Made by a program: the position numbers and the translations under genes. A DNA stretch of 52,058 nucleotides from sequence record SRR20825010_3505; one strand, 5' to 3'. The notes below the pieces were generated by a model. The model was not told the DNA's origin and did not search any database. It saw only the letters and a list, made by a program, of their open reading frames with translations. This document shows, one piece after another, positions 1-10,609 of the stretch (positions within the stretch are counted from its first letter, which is position 1; every line of letters begins with the position of its first letter).

Positions 1-190
1 ATCACCCATGCCAGCGTCAGCAGTCCGACGCGAGTTGGGAAGCCCTTTCCAAAGCAGAAATCCATGCTCGTCACGATCGAAGGGGAATTGAAGTGGCAGT
101 GATCCGTGACAGAAGAGTCTACCACCCGAGCCGGGTGGAAACGAATCAGCGTGTTCCCTTTCTGCTTTGAAGATCGGCGGTCGTTCACTC

Positions 191-1606
191 CTATTGCGAG
201 TCGGGGGACTTTGAGGTGTGGTCGTGGACGATCTTCCAACCTTCGGGGAAGCGTCGGAAAACGAGCGTGAACTTGCCCTCCATCGGCTCCATTCGATCAA
301 GTTTCCAAACGCCAAGGACTTGCATGGCGGAGTTACCCAGCGGAAGGAATTCCAGGTCTGTGAAAGTGAGCTCTCCCATCTTTTCCGAAGTGGGATAGCG
401 TTCTTTGTATCGCTGCAATGTCGCGTCGAATCCGCGTGTCACTTCACCGCCGGAGGAGAACGTGAGTTGATCGCTCTTCCAATAGACCTTCATGAAAGCG
501 TCAATGTTGCCGGCGTTCCAATCGCTGGCCTGTTGCTGAATCAGTTCCTTGATCTTTGATTCGTCGGATGCGGATGGGTTTGATTTGGTTGTCGCTTCCG
601 CCGGTGCTCCACCGTTGTCGAGAATCAAGTGCGTTTCGAAACGTCCGGTGCTGTCGGCTGCTGCGCAGCTCATGCCAGGGGTGTTGTGCTGCATCACGAT
701 CTCGCCTTGCTGAGAGACAGCAATCAATCCGCCAACGCCCGGATCGAGTCGATTCAGCATGATGTCGGTGACTGCTGACTCAAGCGACTGATTCGCGTAC
801 CGAATTTGCGCGGCGATGTCATACGCGACGCTGTTGCGGATGTACTCTTCGCCAACGCCGGTTCCTGAAACGGCGCACAATCCATTGGCCGCGTAGGTGC
901 CCGCTCCAACGATGGGTGAATCACCGACTCGACCTGGCAGTTTGTTTGCTGTGCCTCCGGTGCTGGTTCCTGCCGCGAGGTTGCCGTGGGAATCCAGCAC
1001 GACGCAGCCGACGGTTCCAAGATGCGATTCGTCTTCATCCTGAGTTGCCGAAGCAATGCTGGATGCGTCATCGCCATCACGTTGGGACAGAAAGTATTTC
1101 GGATCGACGAGAGGCACTTGCTGAGTTTCCGCGAACTCGTCGGCACCGGGGCCAACAAGCAGCACGTGTTTCGTCTCTGTCATCACCCGGCGTGCGAGTG
1201 AGATCGGGTTCTTGACCCGTGTCACCCCGGCAACTGCGCCACACGCGAGTGTCTTGCCATCCATCACCGATGAATCCATCTCGACGCGTCCCTCGTTCGT
1301 CACAACTGAACCTCGTCCAGCGTTGAAGATCGGATTGTCTTCCAAGGTTCGAATCACGGCTTCGACCGTGTCCATGGCCGTCGCGCCGTCCGCCACCATA
1401 TCGCGACCGGTTTGCAACGCGTGTTGCAAACCTTTGGTGCGTTGCTTACTCGATGCGTCGCCAAGTTGAGCCGGTGAGCTGCCGGCTCCACCATGAATCA
1501 CAATGGCCCATTTGGTCTTCATGGCAGGCTCTTCACTTTGGATTGTTCGGGGGGCGACAAACGCAAACGCAACGGCCGCAGCAAGGATCGTCGTCTTGAA
1601 ATTCAT
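191..1606 (-). CDS. iaaA: Isoaspartyl peptidase/L-asparaginase (Ntn hydrolase, asparaginase 2 family) with N-terminal signal peptide and C-terminal NTF2/SnoaL-like (DUF4440-type) domain
   Basis: Motifs IHGGAG, FNAGRGS, G/TVGCV (autocleavage Thr), STGG, GRVGDSP and GTGVGE. The last ~125 aa (W..GNIDAFM..Y ... GWKIVHDHTS) look like an NTF2-like fold. Confidence 0.85.
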   Translation of the reverse strand: MNFKTTILAAAVAFAFVAPRTIQSEEPAMKTKWAIVIHGGAGSSPAQLGDASSKQRTKGLQHALQTGRDMVADGATAMDTVEAVIRTLEDNPIFNAGRGSVVTNEGRVEMDSSVMDGKTLACGAVAGVTRVKNPISLARRVMTETKHVLLVGPGADEFAETQQVPLVDPKYFLSQRDGDDASSIASATQDEDESHLGTVGCVVLDSHGNLAAGTSTGGTANKLPGRVGDSPIVGAGTYAANGLCAVSGTGVGEEYIRNSVAYDIAAQIRYANQSLESAVTDIMLNRLDPGVGGLIAVSQQGEIVMQHNTPGMSCAAADSTGRFETHLILDNGGAPAEATTKSNPSASDESKIKELIQQQASDWNAGNIDAFMKVYWKSDQLTFSSGGEVTRGFDATLQRYKERYPTSEKMGELTFTDLEFLPLGNSAMQVLGVWKLDRMEPMEGKFTLVFRRFPEGWKIVHDHTSKSPDSQ

Positions 1607-1874
1607 GGCACGAGCTCTTCAGCGTCACTGACAAATTAGGAGAGGGACATCGAATCCATTTTCCACCGGTGAGGGAACAGCCGAAAGGGGAGACGTCGCT
1701 CATCCCCGGTTCAATCTCATTCGATTTCCGGCTCGGTTCAATAAGCTCTGCCCGCGTTGGATCGACTTCACGTGACGTTTTTTCGCGAAAGTGTCCTTGG
1801 TTAGGTAGAGGACGAGTCGTCGCGTTGGCGGCGTCGGTTGCCTTTGATTCTTCGACGACGCGATGGAGTACACA

Positions 1875-2300
1875 ATGAATTTCGGTACAAATGATTTTGG
1901 TGCGAAAGATTTCCGACGTGGCGTTTTAGTCGCTACAGCGACTTTGTTATCCGTTGCGTTCTTTGGCGGTGACGCATTTGGCCAGTGTCGTTCTCGAGGT
2001 GGAGGACCGCCATCAGGCAGTCCCACTTCATTCATGAGCGGCTCGCAGTATGCCCAAAATCCATATGGGCAGAACGCATTGGTCAGCAGCTATCCGCAAA
2101 ACAACCTGATCGCGTCGCAGTATCAGCAACAACTGTTGGCGAACCAGCGCCAACTCGCGAGCTTGGCGTATCAAAACACTCAGCAGCAGCGGCTAGCATC
2201 GATGCAAAGTGAGGCGGATGTTCAGGCGTATCGACTCGCACGAGCCGAATCAAAACGCGCGGCTCGGGCAGAACGCATTGCCGCCCGACTTCGTGAATAA
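1875..2300 (+). CDS. Hypothetical secreted low-complexity (Q-rich) protein
   Basis: ORF 1863..2300; ATG 1875 taken as start. RR followed by a hydrophobic signal-like segment, a G/S/Q-rich middle and an Arg/Ala-rich helical C-terminus. Confidence 0.55.
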   Translation: MNFGTNDFGAKDFRRGVLVATATLLSVAFFGGDAFGQCRSRGGGPPSGSPTSFMSGSQYAQNPYGQNALVSSYPQNNLIASQYQQQLLANQRQLASLAYQNTQQQRLASMQSEADVQAYRLARAESKRAARAERIAARLRE

Positions 2301-2423
2301 GGACGTTCAGAGGATGCGTACACTCTCGCGTCAGTCAACGTCGACAAAAGCCCGCCGAGACGCTGAGCATGTGGCATGGGGCACGCCGATTGCCAGATCT
2401 TTCGTTTCTGTTCGGAAGACGTT

Positions 2424-3032
2424 TCAAACAACGCTTGAAGTCAAAGCCGACGCTTTTGCATGGGCGGCGGGGACGAGGCCGGTGACGTGTAGGGCGGCTA
2501 CGCCTGGTGAAGCCGTGTGTGCCTTGCGGGCAGCATCGCGTTTGCTTTGTGAGCGGAACGCCCAACGGACATCGATGTTGTCGAGAGCGACGATTGATGG
2601 ATCCGCGGTGCGGTCGACACGGACTTGGTACCGAATGACAACGGTCGAACCACTTTGGATCGCATTGAAATGCAGATCCAAACTCCGGTGCATGGATTGG
2701 TTGGTCGGTCGAGCGGGCTTTCCATCGATGTGGGTCGATACAATTTGATCGAACATCAAGTTGGGACCGTAGCTTCGCGAAAGTGCTAGTTGCACAACGT
2801 CGCACTCGTCAGTGACCTGTGGCATCTCCAATGTGAGTCGGAACTGAAGGATGTCACCAGCAATCGCGATTTTCTTGTCACAGGATTCACGCCATCGGAG
2901 AGGTCCGGTTTTTCCACGCGAGACTGGAAGCATTTGAGACTTGTGGACGGTTGTCTGAATCGAGTTGCACGATTCGATGATCTGGTTCAGTGCCAAATCA
3001 TTCTTCAAATGGTCCACGTTGGTCGTCTTCAT
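2424..3032 (-). CDS. Hypothetical protein, possible DUF11-like Ig-fold domain
   Basis: 202-aa ORF; DKKIAIAGDILQFRLTL...GSTVVIRYQVRV resembles the DUF11 pattern. No signal peptide seen. Confidence 0.5.
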   Translation of the reverse strand: MKTTNVDHLKNDLALNQIIESCNSIQTTVHKSQMLPVSRGKTGPLRWRESCDKKIAIAGDILQFRLTLEMPQVTDECDVVQLALSRSYGPNLMFDQIVSTHIDGKPARPTNQSMHRSLDLHFNAIQSGSTVVIRYQVRVDRTADPSIVALDNIDVRWAFRSQSKRDAARKAHTASPGVAALHVTGLVPAAHAKASALTSSVV

Positions 3033-3647
3033 GCGTTCCGCTCCTGTGCCACTGCTCGGCGCTGGTTTTCAAAGAAACGGTCCGACGACCGCCATCCATT
3101 CGCTGCCTGAAAAGACTTTTGCACCAACAATCGGACGGAGCACGAGCGTCAATGGGAGAAGCGAAGAAACTCCTTGTGCCGAAGGCCACGCGTTCGACCT
3201 AGAACGGTTATGAGGGACCGCCGGATAGGGAATGCTGAGGAAACTAGAGACACGAAAAGCGACCAATCCGTTGCATGACAAATCGGGCCACGGCTTGAAG
3301 ACTCGCGGGAGTGTTCCGAGCTGAAAGTTTAATCCGCGTCTTGGTCAGACGGTGCACGGTGTCCAACACCCCAATTCAGCGGGCGTCGCAATCAGTGAAC
3401 GTCGCAAAGGGTTCGTTGGCTGTCGCATGTCGACAGGGGATTCGCTTTCGTGAACAGCTTGCGTCGTTCTTTGATGCTGTTGTCTGTTCTGTACGAAGTT
3501 GCAGTACCAGTCCGCGATACCCCAGCGGAAAACGTGTGCACGTTCCTTCACTCCACGTTAGGATGCTTCGTTTGCAGCCAGTTTCGCTGGCCTGCAGACC
3601 AAAAGCTGAAACTGCACTCCAAGATTCGACAACTGAGAAAGCGAACA

Positions 3648-6600
3648 ATGCCGCAAAGGATCACGACTGTCCTCCAATGGAGCCTTTTCTTTCTATGTGC
3701 CGGCGTCATTCCGGGCATCTCGCAACGAGCTGATGCGCAGGACGCTTTTGAGTTCCAATCGAACGATGTCGTCGCCATCTATGGCAACGGCCTTGCCGAT
3801 CGGATGCAGCATGATCCTTGGGTCGAAACCTTTCTTCAGCATCAGTTGAAAGGGCTCGACGTCAGTTTTCGAAACATGAGTTTTTCGGGGGATCGTGTTA
3901 ATCAACGCCCGAGAAACCAGGGGTTCACCAATGACACCGAATATTTGAAACACGTCGCGCCAAATGTTGTTTTCACCTTTTATGGTTTCAACGAGTCGTT
4001 TGCCGGACCGGAAAAAGCCGGCGAGCATCGCGATGAATTGATCAAGCTGGTTCAGCGTTACACGCAGGTGCAAAAAGATGACGGGAAGGATCTGCGTTTC
4101 GTCCTGTTCAGTCCGATCGCCTACGAGAACACAGGCGACGCGAGTCTGCCCGATGGGGCGGAACTGAATGTCAACTTGGCCGCTTACACCGAGGCGACTC
4201 GTGAGGCAGCCGAAATCACGGGCGCGAAGTTTGTTGACTTGTTCTCGCCGACTTACCAGTTGTTTCAGTCGAGTTCCGAGCGACTCACGCTCAACGGAGT
4301 TCACCTCAATGAGGCTGGTTACAAGCAACTCGCTGGTATCATTTCACAGGCATTGCTAGGCGAAAAGCCAGCGTCTGATGCAGAGCTCCAGGATTTGTAC
4401 GAAGCGATTGAGGACAAAAACTGGCACTGGCACAACCGGTATCGGGCGACCGACGGCAATGACATTTGGGGCAGTCGTTCCACGTTGACGTTCGTGGATG
4501 GGCAAAGCAACGCAGATGTGCTGAAGCATGAATTGGTGATGCTCGACGTGATGACCGCCAATCGCGACAAAGTGATTTGGGCAGCCGCAGATGGGCGAAC
4601 CTTGCAGGCGGACGACAGCAATGTTCCACCGCCGGTAAAAGTGACCTCAAATATCGGTGGTGGGAGTGCCAGTTCCAATGCTATGAAAGAGGGCAGCGTC
4701 GCCTACTTAAGTCCAGAGGAATCTCTGGCGAAGATCAACGTCCCGGAAGGTTACGAGCTCAACGTCTTTGCGTCGGAAGTTCAGTTTCCCGATTTAGCCA
4801 ACCCCGTCCAAATGCAAGTCGATGCTCAAGGACGATTGTGGGTGGCCAGTTGGAACACTTACCCAAAGTGGGAACCTGGCAAGGAGATGAATGACTCCTT
4901 GATGATATTGGAGGACACTGACAACGACGGCAAAGCTGATGTCCGCAAGATTTTCGCACACGTTCACAACCCTCTCGGGTTTGAATTTTGGAACGGCGGT
5001 GTGGTTGTCACGTCCGGACCTGACCTGTTGTTCTTGAAGGACACCGATGGCGATGACAAGGCAGACGTGCGATACCCCATTTTGCAAGGGCTTGGTACCT
5101 CCGACACTCACCACGCCGCCAACAATTTGGTTTACGGACCAGACGGTGGGATCTATTGGCAAAGCGGGATTTTCCTCGTTCACAACCACGAGACTCCGTG
5201 GAAGCAGAACCTGAACATTGGGGCGTCGGGGATGTACCGATTTGACCCGCTGACGTTCGCGATCACTCCACATGCGGGTAACTCCCCCAATCCGCACGGC
5301 ACCAGTTTCGACTACTGGGGTTATTGCTATGCCAGCGATGGAACCGGTGGGCGTTGCTATCAAGTTCGGCCCGAAGGCAATGGCTTTAAAATGCACAAAC
5401 TGCTGGAGAAAGAATTTCGACCGGTGGCAGCCAATGCAATTCTATCTTCCGAGCATTTTCCTGAAGAACTTCAAAACGACATCCTGATCTGCAACACGAT
5501 CGGGTTCTTGGGGGTAAAGCAATACAAGCTCGATCGAGAAGGTGACGTTGAAGAGGAGGCTGCCGTGGAGAAGACTCAGAAGGAGGAGACGGGGCCGGTT
5601 AAGATCACTCGAAATGGCGGGCTGATCACTGTTGACCACCCTGCTCTGAAGGACGCCAAAATCACCGGGTTCAAACTCAGTGTGAATGGTCGGCAACAGA
5701 TGAACCTTTCGGAAGTGGAGGTCGTCAGCGGGGGCCGGAACATTGCGAAGACGGCCAAGCTGAAACAATCGAGCGAGTACAACAACGGAGCTTTTCCTGT
5801 CCAACGACTCGTCGATGGCGACAAGGGAAACTTCGCTCACACGTCACAGCAGAACAACCCTTGGATGCGAGGTGACTTCCCGACGCCCGTGCAGATCTCC
5901 GAGTTTAATGTCTGGAATCGCAAAGGCTTCGAAGATCGATTCAACAACGGAAAGATTGAGTTCTTTAACGGCGATGAAGTTGTCGCTGCCGTGGACATCA
6001 AAATCGTTTCCGCTGCTCAGGAAGAACAACACCGCGAGTTCGGTGAGGTTTGGGGAACGCCAGGATTGGAGTTGCTCAACAGTGACGACCGCAATTTCCG
6101 TCCCACCGATGCGGTCGTCGGCGAAGACGGTGCTCTATATGTTTCCGATTGGCACAACGCGATCATCGGCCACATGCAGCACAACATTCGTGACCCCAAT
6201 CGTGACCACGCTCACGGCCGAATTTTCCGATTGACGGTCAAGGATCGTCCTCTGCAAAAACCTGTCAGAATCGCGGGCCAGTCTATCGAAGCGTTGCTTG
6301 AAAATCTCAAACACCCCGTCAACGGCGTTCGGCATCGGACTCGAGTCGAGCTCACCAAGCATGACTCCGACCAAGTCATCGCGGCGACGCAAAAGTGGAT
6401 GGCGAGTTTCGATCCCAACGATGAAAAAGAAGCTCATCATTTGTTGGAAGCTCTTTGGTTGCATCAACGAAATGGCGTCAAGAATGAGGCTTTGCTGAAT
6501 CAGTTGTTGGAGTCAGATGTCCGCCATGCGGTTGTCGCTGCCAAGACAGTTCGCCACTTTTGGGAAAACGTCGATACGAAGGGCGGAAGCGAGTTTGCCG

Positions 6601-7616
6601 CGCCCGCAGAACTTGAGTTCGTCAAGTTTGATCCTCCCAAGCACCTCAGCGGCGCCGATCGGAAGACTTACGAGTTGGGTGCAACGATCTATCAGCGTGA
6701 ATCGCATTGTGCAACCTGCCACATGACTCACGGCAAGGGAACACCAAACGTCTACCCACCGTTGGTCGGTAGTCCCTGGGTCAACGGGAGCGAAGATCGG
6801 CTGATCAAGATGGCTCTGCATGGTGTGTGGGGCAAAATGACCGTGGCAGGGAAGACGTATGACCCCGCCCGAGGTGTGCCGCCCATGACCGCGTTCCGTT
6901 CCTTGTTGAAGGACGACGAAATGGCGGCGGTTCTGACCTTTGTTCGGAATACTTGGGGGAATGAAGCGTCTGTTGTCAGTCCAGAGGCCGTCTCGCGTGT
7001 TCGCGAGGAGACCAAAGGCCGGACGACGTTCTACAAACCGGAAGAGATTCTCAAGCTGCATCCGCTGGAGAAGGATCTGATGGATGAGAACGTCACGCCG
7101 GAGACAGAAGTGTTCTCGAACGAGGCGTTGGAGAAAGAGTTGCTGGCCGCTTCGCCTGCGAAGCTCGCAAAGGTCGCTTTGGCCAAGGGGAATTTCCAGC
7201 GTGGCAAACGATTGTTCCATGAATCGTCCGCAGCCTGCTTCGCGTGTCACTCGCCACCAGCGGGCACCGTTCGAATGGGCCCGGATCTGGAAAAGGCAAC
7301 GACCAAACGCACGAACGAAGAACTGGTCGATGCCCTGCTCCGCCCTTCGAAGTTGATCGACAAGGACTACGCGCAGGTGAGCGTGCTGACGGCGGATGGT
7401 CAGATCTTCACCGGCATTCGTGTGAGCGAGAACGACGACGAGATTGTGCTACGCAATCTCGCTCAACCGGAACCCATCACGATTGCACAGGACGATGTCG
7501 AGGATGTGATCGAGTCGGAGGTGTCGTTGATGCCTGAGAACTTGATGCGGCAGATGAAAAACCGCAAAGAGTTCAACGACTTGTTGAAGTACGTCATCGA
7601 AGTCCGCAAGAAGTGA
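3648..7616 (+). CDS. PVC-type heme-binding membrane-associated dehydrogenase-like protein (SGNH/GDSL domain, beta-propeller, discoidin-like insert, HEAT-like segment, two c-type hemes)
   Basis: Signal peptide after ATG 3648; SGNH-like FYGFNES and [17 protein letters not shown] and [11 protein letters not shown] repeats; [16 protein letters not shown]; heme sites CATCH and CFACH; C-terminal SLMPENL. Confidence 0.85.
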   Translation: MPQRITTVLQWSLFFLCAGVIPGISQRADAQDAFEFQSNDVVAIYGNGLADRMQHDPWVETFLQHQLKGLDVSFRNMSFSGDRVNQRPRNQGFTNDTEYLKHVAPNVVFTFYGFNESFAGPEKAGEHRDELIKLVQRYTQVQKDDGKDLRFVLFSPIAYENTGDASLPDGAELNVNLAAYTEATREAAEITGAKFVDLFSPTYQLFQSSSERLTLNGVHLNEAGYKQLAGIISQALLGEKPASDAELQDLYEAIEDKNWHWHNRYRATDGNDIWGSRSTLTFVDGQSNADVLKHELVMLDVMTANRDKVIWAAADGRTLQADDSNVPPPVKVTSNIGGGSASSNAMKEGSVAYLSPEESLAKINVPEGYELNVFASEVQFPDLANPVQMQVDAQGRLWVASWNTYPKWEPGKEMNDSLMILEDTDNDGKADVRKIFAHVHNPLGFEFWNGGVVVTSGPDLLFLKDTDGDDKADVRYPILQGLGTSDTHHAANNLVYGPDGGIYWQSGIFLVHNHETPWKQNLNIGASGMYRFDPLTFAITPHAGNSPNPHGTSFDYWGYCYASDGTGGRCYQVRPEGNGFKMHKLLEKEFRPVAANAILSSEHFPEELQNDILICNTIGFLGVKQYKLDREGDVEEEAAVEKTQKEETGPVKITRNGGLITVDHPALKDAKITGFKLSVNGRQQMNLSEVEVVSGGRNIAKTAKLKQSSEYNNGAFPVQRLVDGDKGNFAHTSQQNNPWMRGDFPTPVQISEFNVWNRKGFEDRFNNGKIEFFNGDEVVAAVDIKIVSAAQEEQHREFGEVWGTPGLELLNSDDRNFRPTDAVVGEDGALYVSDWHNAIIGHMQHNIRDPNRDHAHGRIFRLTVKDRPLQKPVRIAGQSIEALLENLKHPVNGVRHRTRVELTKHDSDQVIAATQKWMASFDPNDEKEAHHLLEALWLHQRNGVKNEALLNQLLESDVRHAVVAAKTVRHFWENVDTKGGSEFAAPAELEFVKFDPPKHLSGADRKTYELGATIYQRESHCATCHMTHGKGTPNVYPPLVGSPWVNGSEDRLIKMALHGVWGKMTVAGKTYDPARGVPPMTAFRSLLKDDEMAAVLTFVRNTWGNEASVVSPEAVSRVREETKGRTTFYKPEEILKLHPLEKDLMDENVTPETEVFSNEALEKELLAASPAKLAKVALAKGNFQRGKRLFHESSAACFACHSPPAGTVRMGPDLEKATTKRTNEELVDALLRPSKLIDKDYAQVSVLTADGQIFTGIRVSENDDEIVLRNLAQPEPITIAQDDVEDVIESEVSLMPENLMRQMKNRKEFNDLLKYVIEVRKK

Positions 7617-7664
7617 GTCGGCTTTAAGGCTCACTGATGATCGATCTTGGTGGTTCCCCACGAG

Positions 7665-7722
7665 GATCCCGGCGGGATCACAGATGGTAGCCGGGGGTTG
7701 CTGCGTAGCAGTGCACCCCCGG
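7665..7722. repeat. REP-like bipartite palindromic element, copy 1 (inverted relative to copies 2 and 3)
   Basis: GATCCC-ggc-GGGATC hairpin, then GTAG directly before the CCGGGGGT...ACCCCCGG hairpin. Confidence 0.75.
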
Positions 7723-7741
7723 AATACGAGCCCCAATAACA

Positions 7742-7787
7742 CACTCTCCATCCCTCCGTGGCCGAGGCCACGGAGGGATGGAGAGTG
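7742..7787. repeat. Perfect 22-bp inverted repeat (long hairpin)
   Basis: CACTCTCCATCCCTCCGTGGCC-GA-GGCCACGGAGGGATGGAGAGTG. Confidence 0.9.
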
Positions 7788-7806
7788 GAGACGTGGGTTT
7801 ACATGT

Positions 7807-7861
7807 CCGTCGGTGGCGCTATCGCTTACCGACGGCTACTGTCTGCCATCCCTACCGGGAT
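7807..7861. repeat. REP-like element, copy 2
   Basis: CCGTCGGT...ACCGACGG-CTAC-...ATCCC..GGGAT; same architecture as the reverse complement of copy 1, with compensatory stem changes. Confidence 0.7.
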
Positions 7862-7927
7862 GAAAAACTACGCGGGCGACCAGTCTGCGACACCCTCCGG
7901 GGTCGAATGGATACTCGCGTTTGAAAT

Positions 7928-7984
7928 CCGGGGGTGTTCGCTGTCGCTCAAACCCCCGGCTACTTTCTTTCATCCCTTTGGGAT
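7928..7984. repeat. REP-like element, copy 3
   Basis: CCGGGGGT...ACCCCCGG-CTAC-...ATCCCTTTGGGAT. Confidence 0.75.
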
Positions 7985-8094
7985 AGGGCTTTCGTGGAGC
8001 GAGCAACGGAAGTGAGTGATAATCTCATGACACGATTGACTTGCTCAGGGCTTCGGTCAGTGCTGATGCCGGAGATCCCACTGGTCGATCCGGT

Positions 8095-8403
8095 CTACTT
8101 ACGGTTCTGAACCAAGAGGAAGGCGACGAAGGTGGCGGACCAGATCGCGACGATCCAGTGACAGATGATTTGGCGACGTCGACAACGGGGGCAGTAGCGA
8201 TGGAAAAACTCCGTCGGGCTGGATCGATCGAAGAAGAAGCCAAGCAAGAAACTCGGGGAGCACAGCCGCGAGAGGATGAAAATCGCGGTGATCGGGAGAG
8301 CCGCGATCTGCAGGAACCAAGGCACACGATGAAGGTCCGTCGTATTGTGCAAGCTGCCGCAGGACGCGCATGCGGTTTCGGCTTTGGTTTTGTGAGCAGG
8401 CAC
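8095..8403 (-). CDS. Small hypothetical membrane protein with two CxxC motifs (zinc-ribbon-like)
   Basis: CASC and CPRC flank a hydrophobic segment; hydrophobic C-terminal helix. Confidence 0.5.
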   Translation of the reverse strand: MPAHKTKAETACASCGSLHNTTDLHRVPWFLQIAALPITAIFILSRLCSPSFLLGFFFDRSSPTEFFHRYCPRCRRRQIICHWIVAIWSATFVAFLLVQNRK

Positions 8404-8432
8404 TGGGGCATCCGTCCATGGAGATACTCAAT

Positions 8433-8978
8433 TCATTCAGATACTATGTAGTTTGTAGTTTCGCGAATGAAAGATTCTATTTTAACTTTGAGCTCAGCCA
8501 CGTGAGATGACTCTAACGTCAGATAACCGTCAGAAAAAGTATCAAGGTTGTCAAAGGCAAGGCTCGCCTTTTTAAATTGGCTTTCGGTTCGGCCGGAATC
8601 GATGCGGGCGCCGTTGTGAGCGATTAAGTTGCGGAGCGAGTTTGCCTGCACAAACCAATTCAGTTCAGAGAAGGGCTTGTTGTTAGAGGCCAGTGAGCGA
8701 CCAATCCAGTTAACGGTGGATTCGCTCTTGAGTTGCCGTTCTTTGTTCGGGAGTTCGCCGCATAGAGACCGGGAGTAATACTCCCAAAGATTCCACATGG
8801 CGATGAAGGCACCCTGGCGAGAATGAAACGCAGCTATTCGAAATGGCCTGATAGGCGATTGTGCGTAATGCTCGAGTTGTTCAGGAGAGCACACGTCAAG
8901 GTCAACTCGTTCACAGACCGTGAGGTAATTTCGCCAAATTATCTCAAGTGATTCAATTGCGGCCGAGTGTGTGTGCAT
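8433..8978 (-). CDS. Putative HEPN-domain protein
   Basis: Likely start ATG 8978 (MHTHSAA); the upstream part of ORF 8433..9398 overlaps trpE. Contains W(N)LWE and RNLIAH (Rx4H). Visibly more AT-rich than the flanks. Confidence 0.6.
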   Translation of the reverse strand: MHTHSAAIESLEIIWRNYLTVCERVDLDVCSPEQLEHYAQSPIRPFRIAAFHSRQGAFIAMWNLWEYYSRSLCGELPNKERQLKSESTVNWIGRSLASNNKPFSELNWFVQANSLRNLIAHNGARIDSGRTESQFKKASLAFDNLDTFSDGYLTLESSHVAELKVKIESFIRETTNYIVSE

Positions 8979-9088
8979 GGAGATTTTGGTTGAAGACAAG
9001 GGCTTCGCGGCATTCTTTGCTGGTGTGCCTTTTGGGCTGCGGTTTCTTCGCAATTGTCCTTCGAACGGAGCCAGAGGGCGACTTTGGT

Positions 9089-10609
9089 TCAGGCGTTGCG
9101 GGATTCTCGGGCGATGGTCCACTCGATGGCGGCGATCAGGGCGCGTGCCTTGTTGAGCGTTTCTTCGTATTCCGAGTCGGGGTTGCTGTCGGCGACGACT
9201 CCGCAACCGGCTTGCACATGATACGCCCCGTTGTGATGCACGATCGTGCGGAGCGCCAAGCATGTGTCCATGTTGCCTCGGTAGTCGATGTAGCCGACCG
9301 CGCCACCGTAGGGGCCACGACGATGCGGTTCGATTTCGTCGATGACCTGCATCGCCCGGACTTTGGGGGCACCTGAAACGGTCCCCGCTGGCAAGCATGA
9401 TTTTAGGGCGTCGAAGGCGTCGAGGCCTTCCCGCAGTTTGCCTCGCACTTCGCTGCTGATGTGCATCACGTGGCTGTAACGCTCGATGACCATGATTTCG
9501 GTCAAGTCCACGGTGCCGAATTCGGCGATCCGGCCGATGTCGTTGCGGCCCAGGTCGACCAGCATCACGTGTTCGGCGCGTTCCTTGGGATCAGCCAGCA
9601 AGTCTTTTTCGAGAGCTTTGTCTTCTTTTTCAGTTGCTCCACGGGGCCGCGTTCCGGCAAGTGGACGCACTGTGACCTCACGGTCTTTGACCCGGCACAT
9701 GATTTCCGGCGAGCAACCGACCAAAACGCATTCCGGGTTGCGGACAAAGAACATGAACGGCGATGGATTGACGACGCGGAGCGAGCGGTAGACCGCGAAC
9801 GGGTCCACGTCGCTTTTGACGGTCAGCCGCTGGCTGGGGACGACTTGGAAGATGTCGCCGGCGCGAATGTATTCGACGCAGTGGCGAACCGCGTCACAGA
9901 ACGACTCGCGGGTGAAGTTGGACTCGACCGGCAGCGGTTGACGCTGGTCTTCTTCGATGATCTCGTCCACTCGGAGGTCGGGTGGGCTGGTCATCAAGCG
10001 TTTAATCGTTTGGTCGACTTCTTCGGCCGCGGCTTGCCGAGCCTCGGAAATGACGGTTGAATCCGTTTCCTCGTCAATGCCGCGGCAATCGGCCAGGGAG
10101 ACCACCGTGATGGTTTTATCGACGTGATCGAACACGCACAGGGTGTGATAAAAAGCGAAGTTCAGATCGGGAAGGTTTCGGTCGTCCTCGGTGGTGTCCG
10201 GCAAATTCTCGACATAACGCACCACATCGTAACCCGCGTACCCGATTGCTCCACCGATGAAGGGAGGCAACCCGTCCAGGGTGGCCGTGCGGTCCTGAAA
10301 GCTCTCGCGAAAAGCGTTCAGTGGATCGTCGCACTGGGATTCAACGACCTCGCCGGTGGACATGTTTGTCCGCCGGACCGTGTTGCCTTTGGCGGTGAAT
10401 CGGGCCAGTGGTCGAGAGCCCAGGAAGCTGAAACGTCCCACCTTTTCGCCTCCGATCACGCTTTCGATCAGGAAAGCGGGGCCTCCATCGTCCAAGTGCA
10501 TGAACGCCGTGACGGGGGTCAACGTATCAGAGAGCAAGCGTCGGTAGACGGGAACGAAGTCGAACCGACGGGCCAGCGATTCGAACGACGAAAGCGGCGG
10601 TTGGTGCAT
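9089..10609 (-). CDS. trpE: Anthranilate synthase component I
   Basis: FLIESV, GGAIGY, GDIFQVV, NPSPFMF, PLAGTRPRG, KERAEHVMLVDLGRND, PAGTVSGAPK, QAGCGVVADS. Start could be 10609 or 10624. Confidence 0.93.
   Translation of the reverse strand: MHQPPLSSFESLARRFDFVPVYRRLLSDTLTPVTAFMHLDDGGPAFLIESVIGGEKVGRFSFLGSRPLARFTAKGNTVRRTNMSTGEVVESQCDDPLNAFRESFQDRTATLDGLPPFIGGAIGYAGYDVVRYVENLPDTTEDDRNLPDLNFAFYHTLCVFDHVDKTITVVSLADCRGIDEETDSTVISEARQAAAEEVDQTIKRLMTSPPDLRVDEIIEEDQRQPLPVESNFTRESFCDAVRHCVEYIRAGDIFQVVPSQRLTVKSDVDPFAVYRSLRVVNPSPFMFFVRNPECVLVGCSPEIMCRVKDREVTVRPLAGTRPRGATEKEDKALEKDLLADPKERAEHVMLVDLGRNDIGRIAEFGTVDLTEIMVIERYSHVMHISSEVRGKLREGLDAFDALKSCLPAGTVSGAPKVRAMQVIDEIEPHRRGPYGGAVGYIDYRGNMDTCLALRTIVHHNGAYHVQAGCGVVADSNPDSEYEETLNKARALIAAIEWTIARESRNA

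Noticed and set aside
7617-8030. Possible CRISPR array or small ORF 7758..8015
   Set aside because: Repeats are degenerate, in mixed orientation and irregularly spaced, with no cas genes; better explained as REP-like elements.
8041-8451. 136-aa plus-strand ORF
   Set aside because: Antisense to the CxxC membrane ORF, TTG start, no recognisable motif.
8979-9398. N-terminal extension of ORF 8433..9398
   Set aside because: Overlaps trpE in another frame and reads as Arg-rich junk; the plausible start is ATG 8978.
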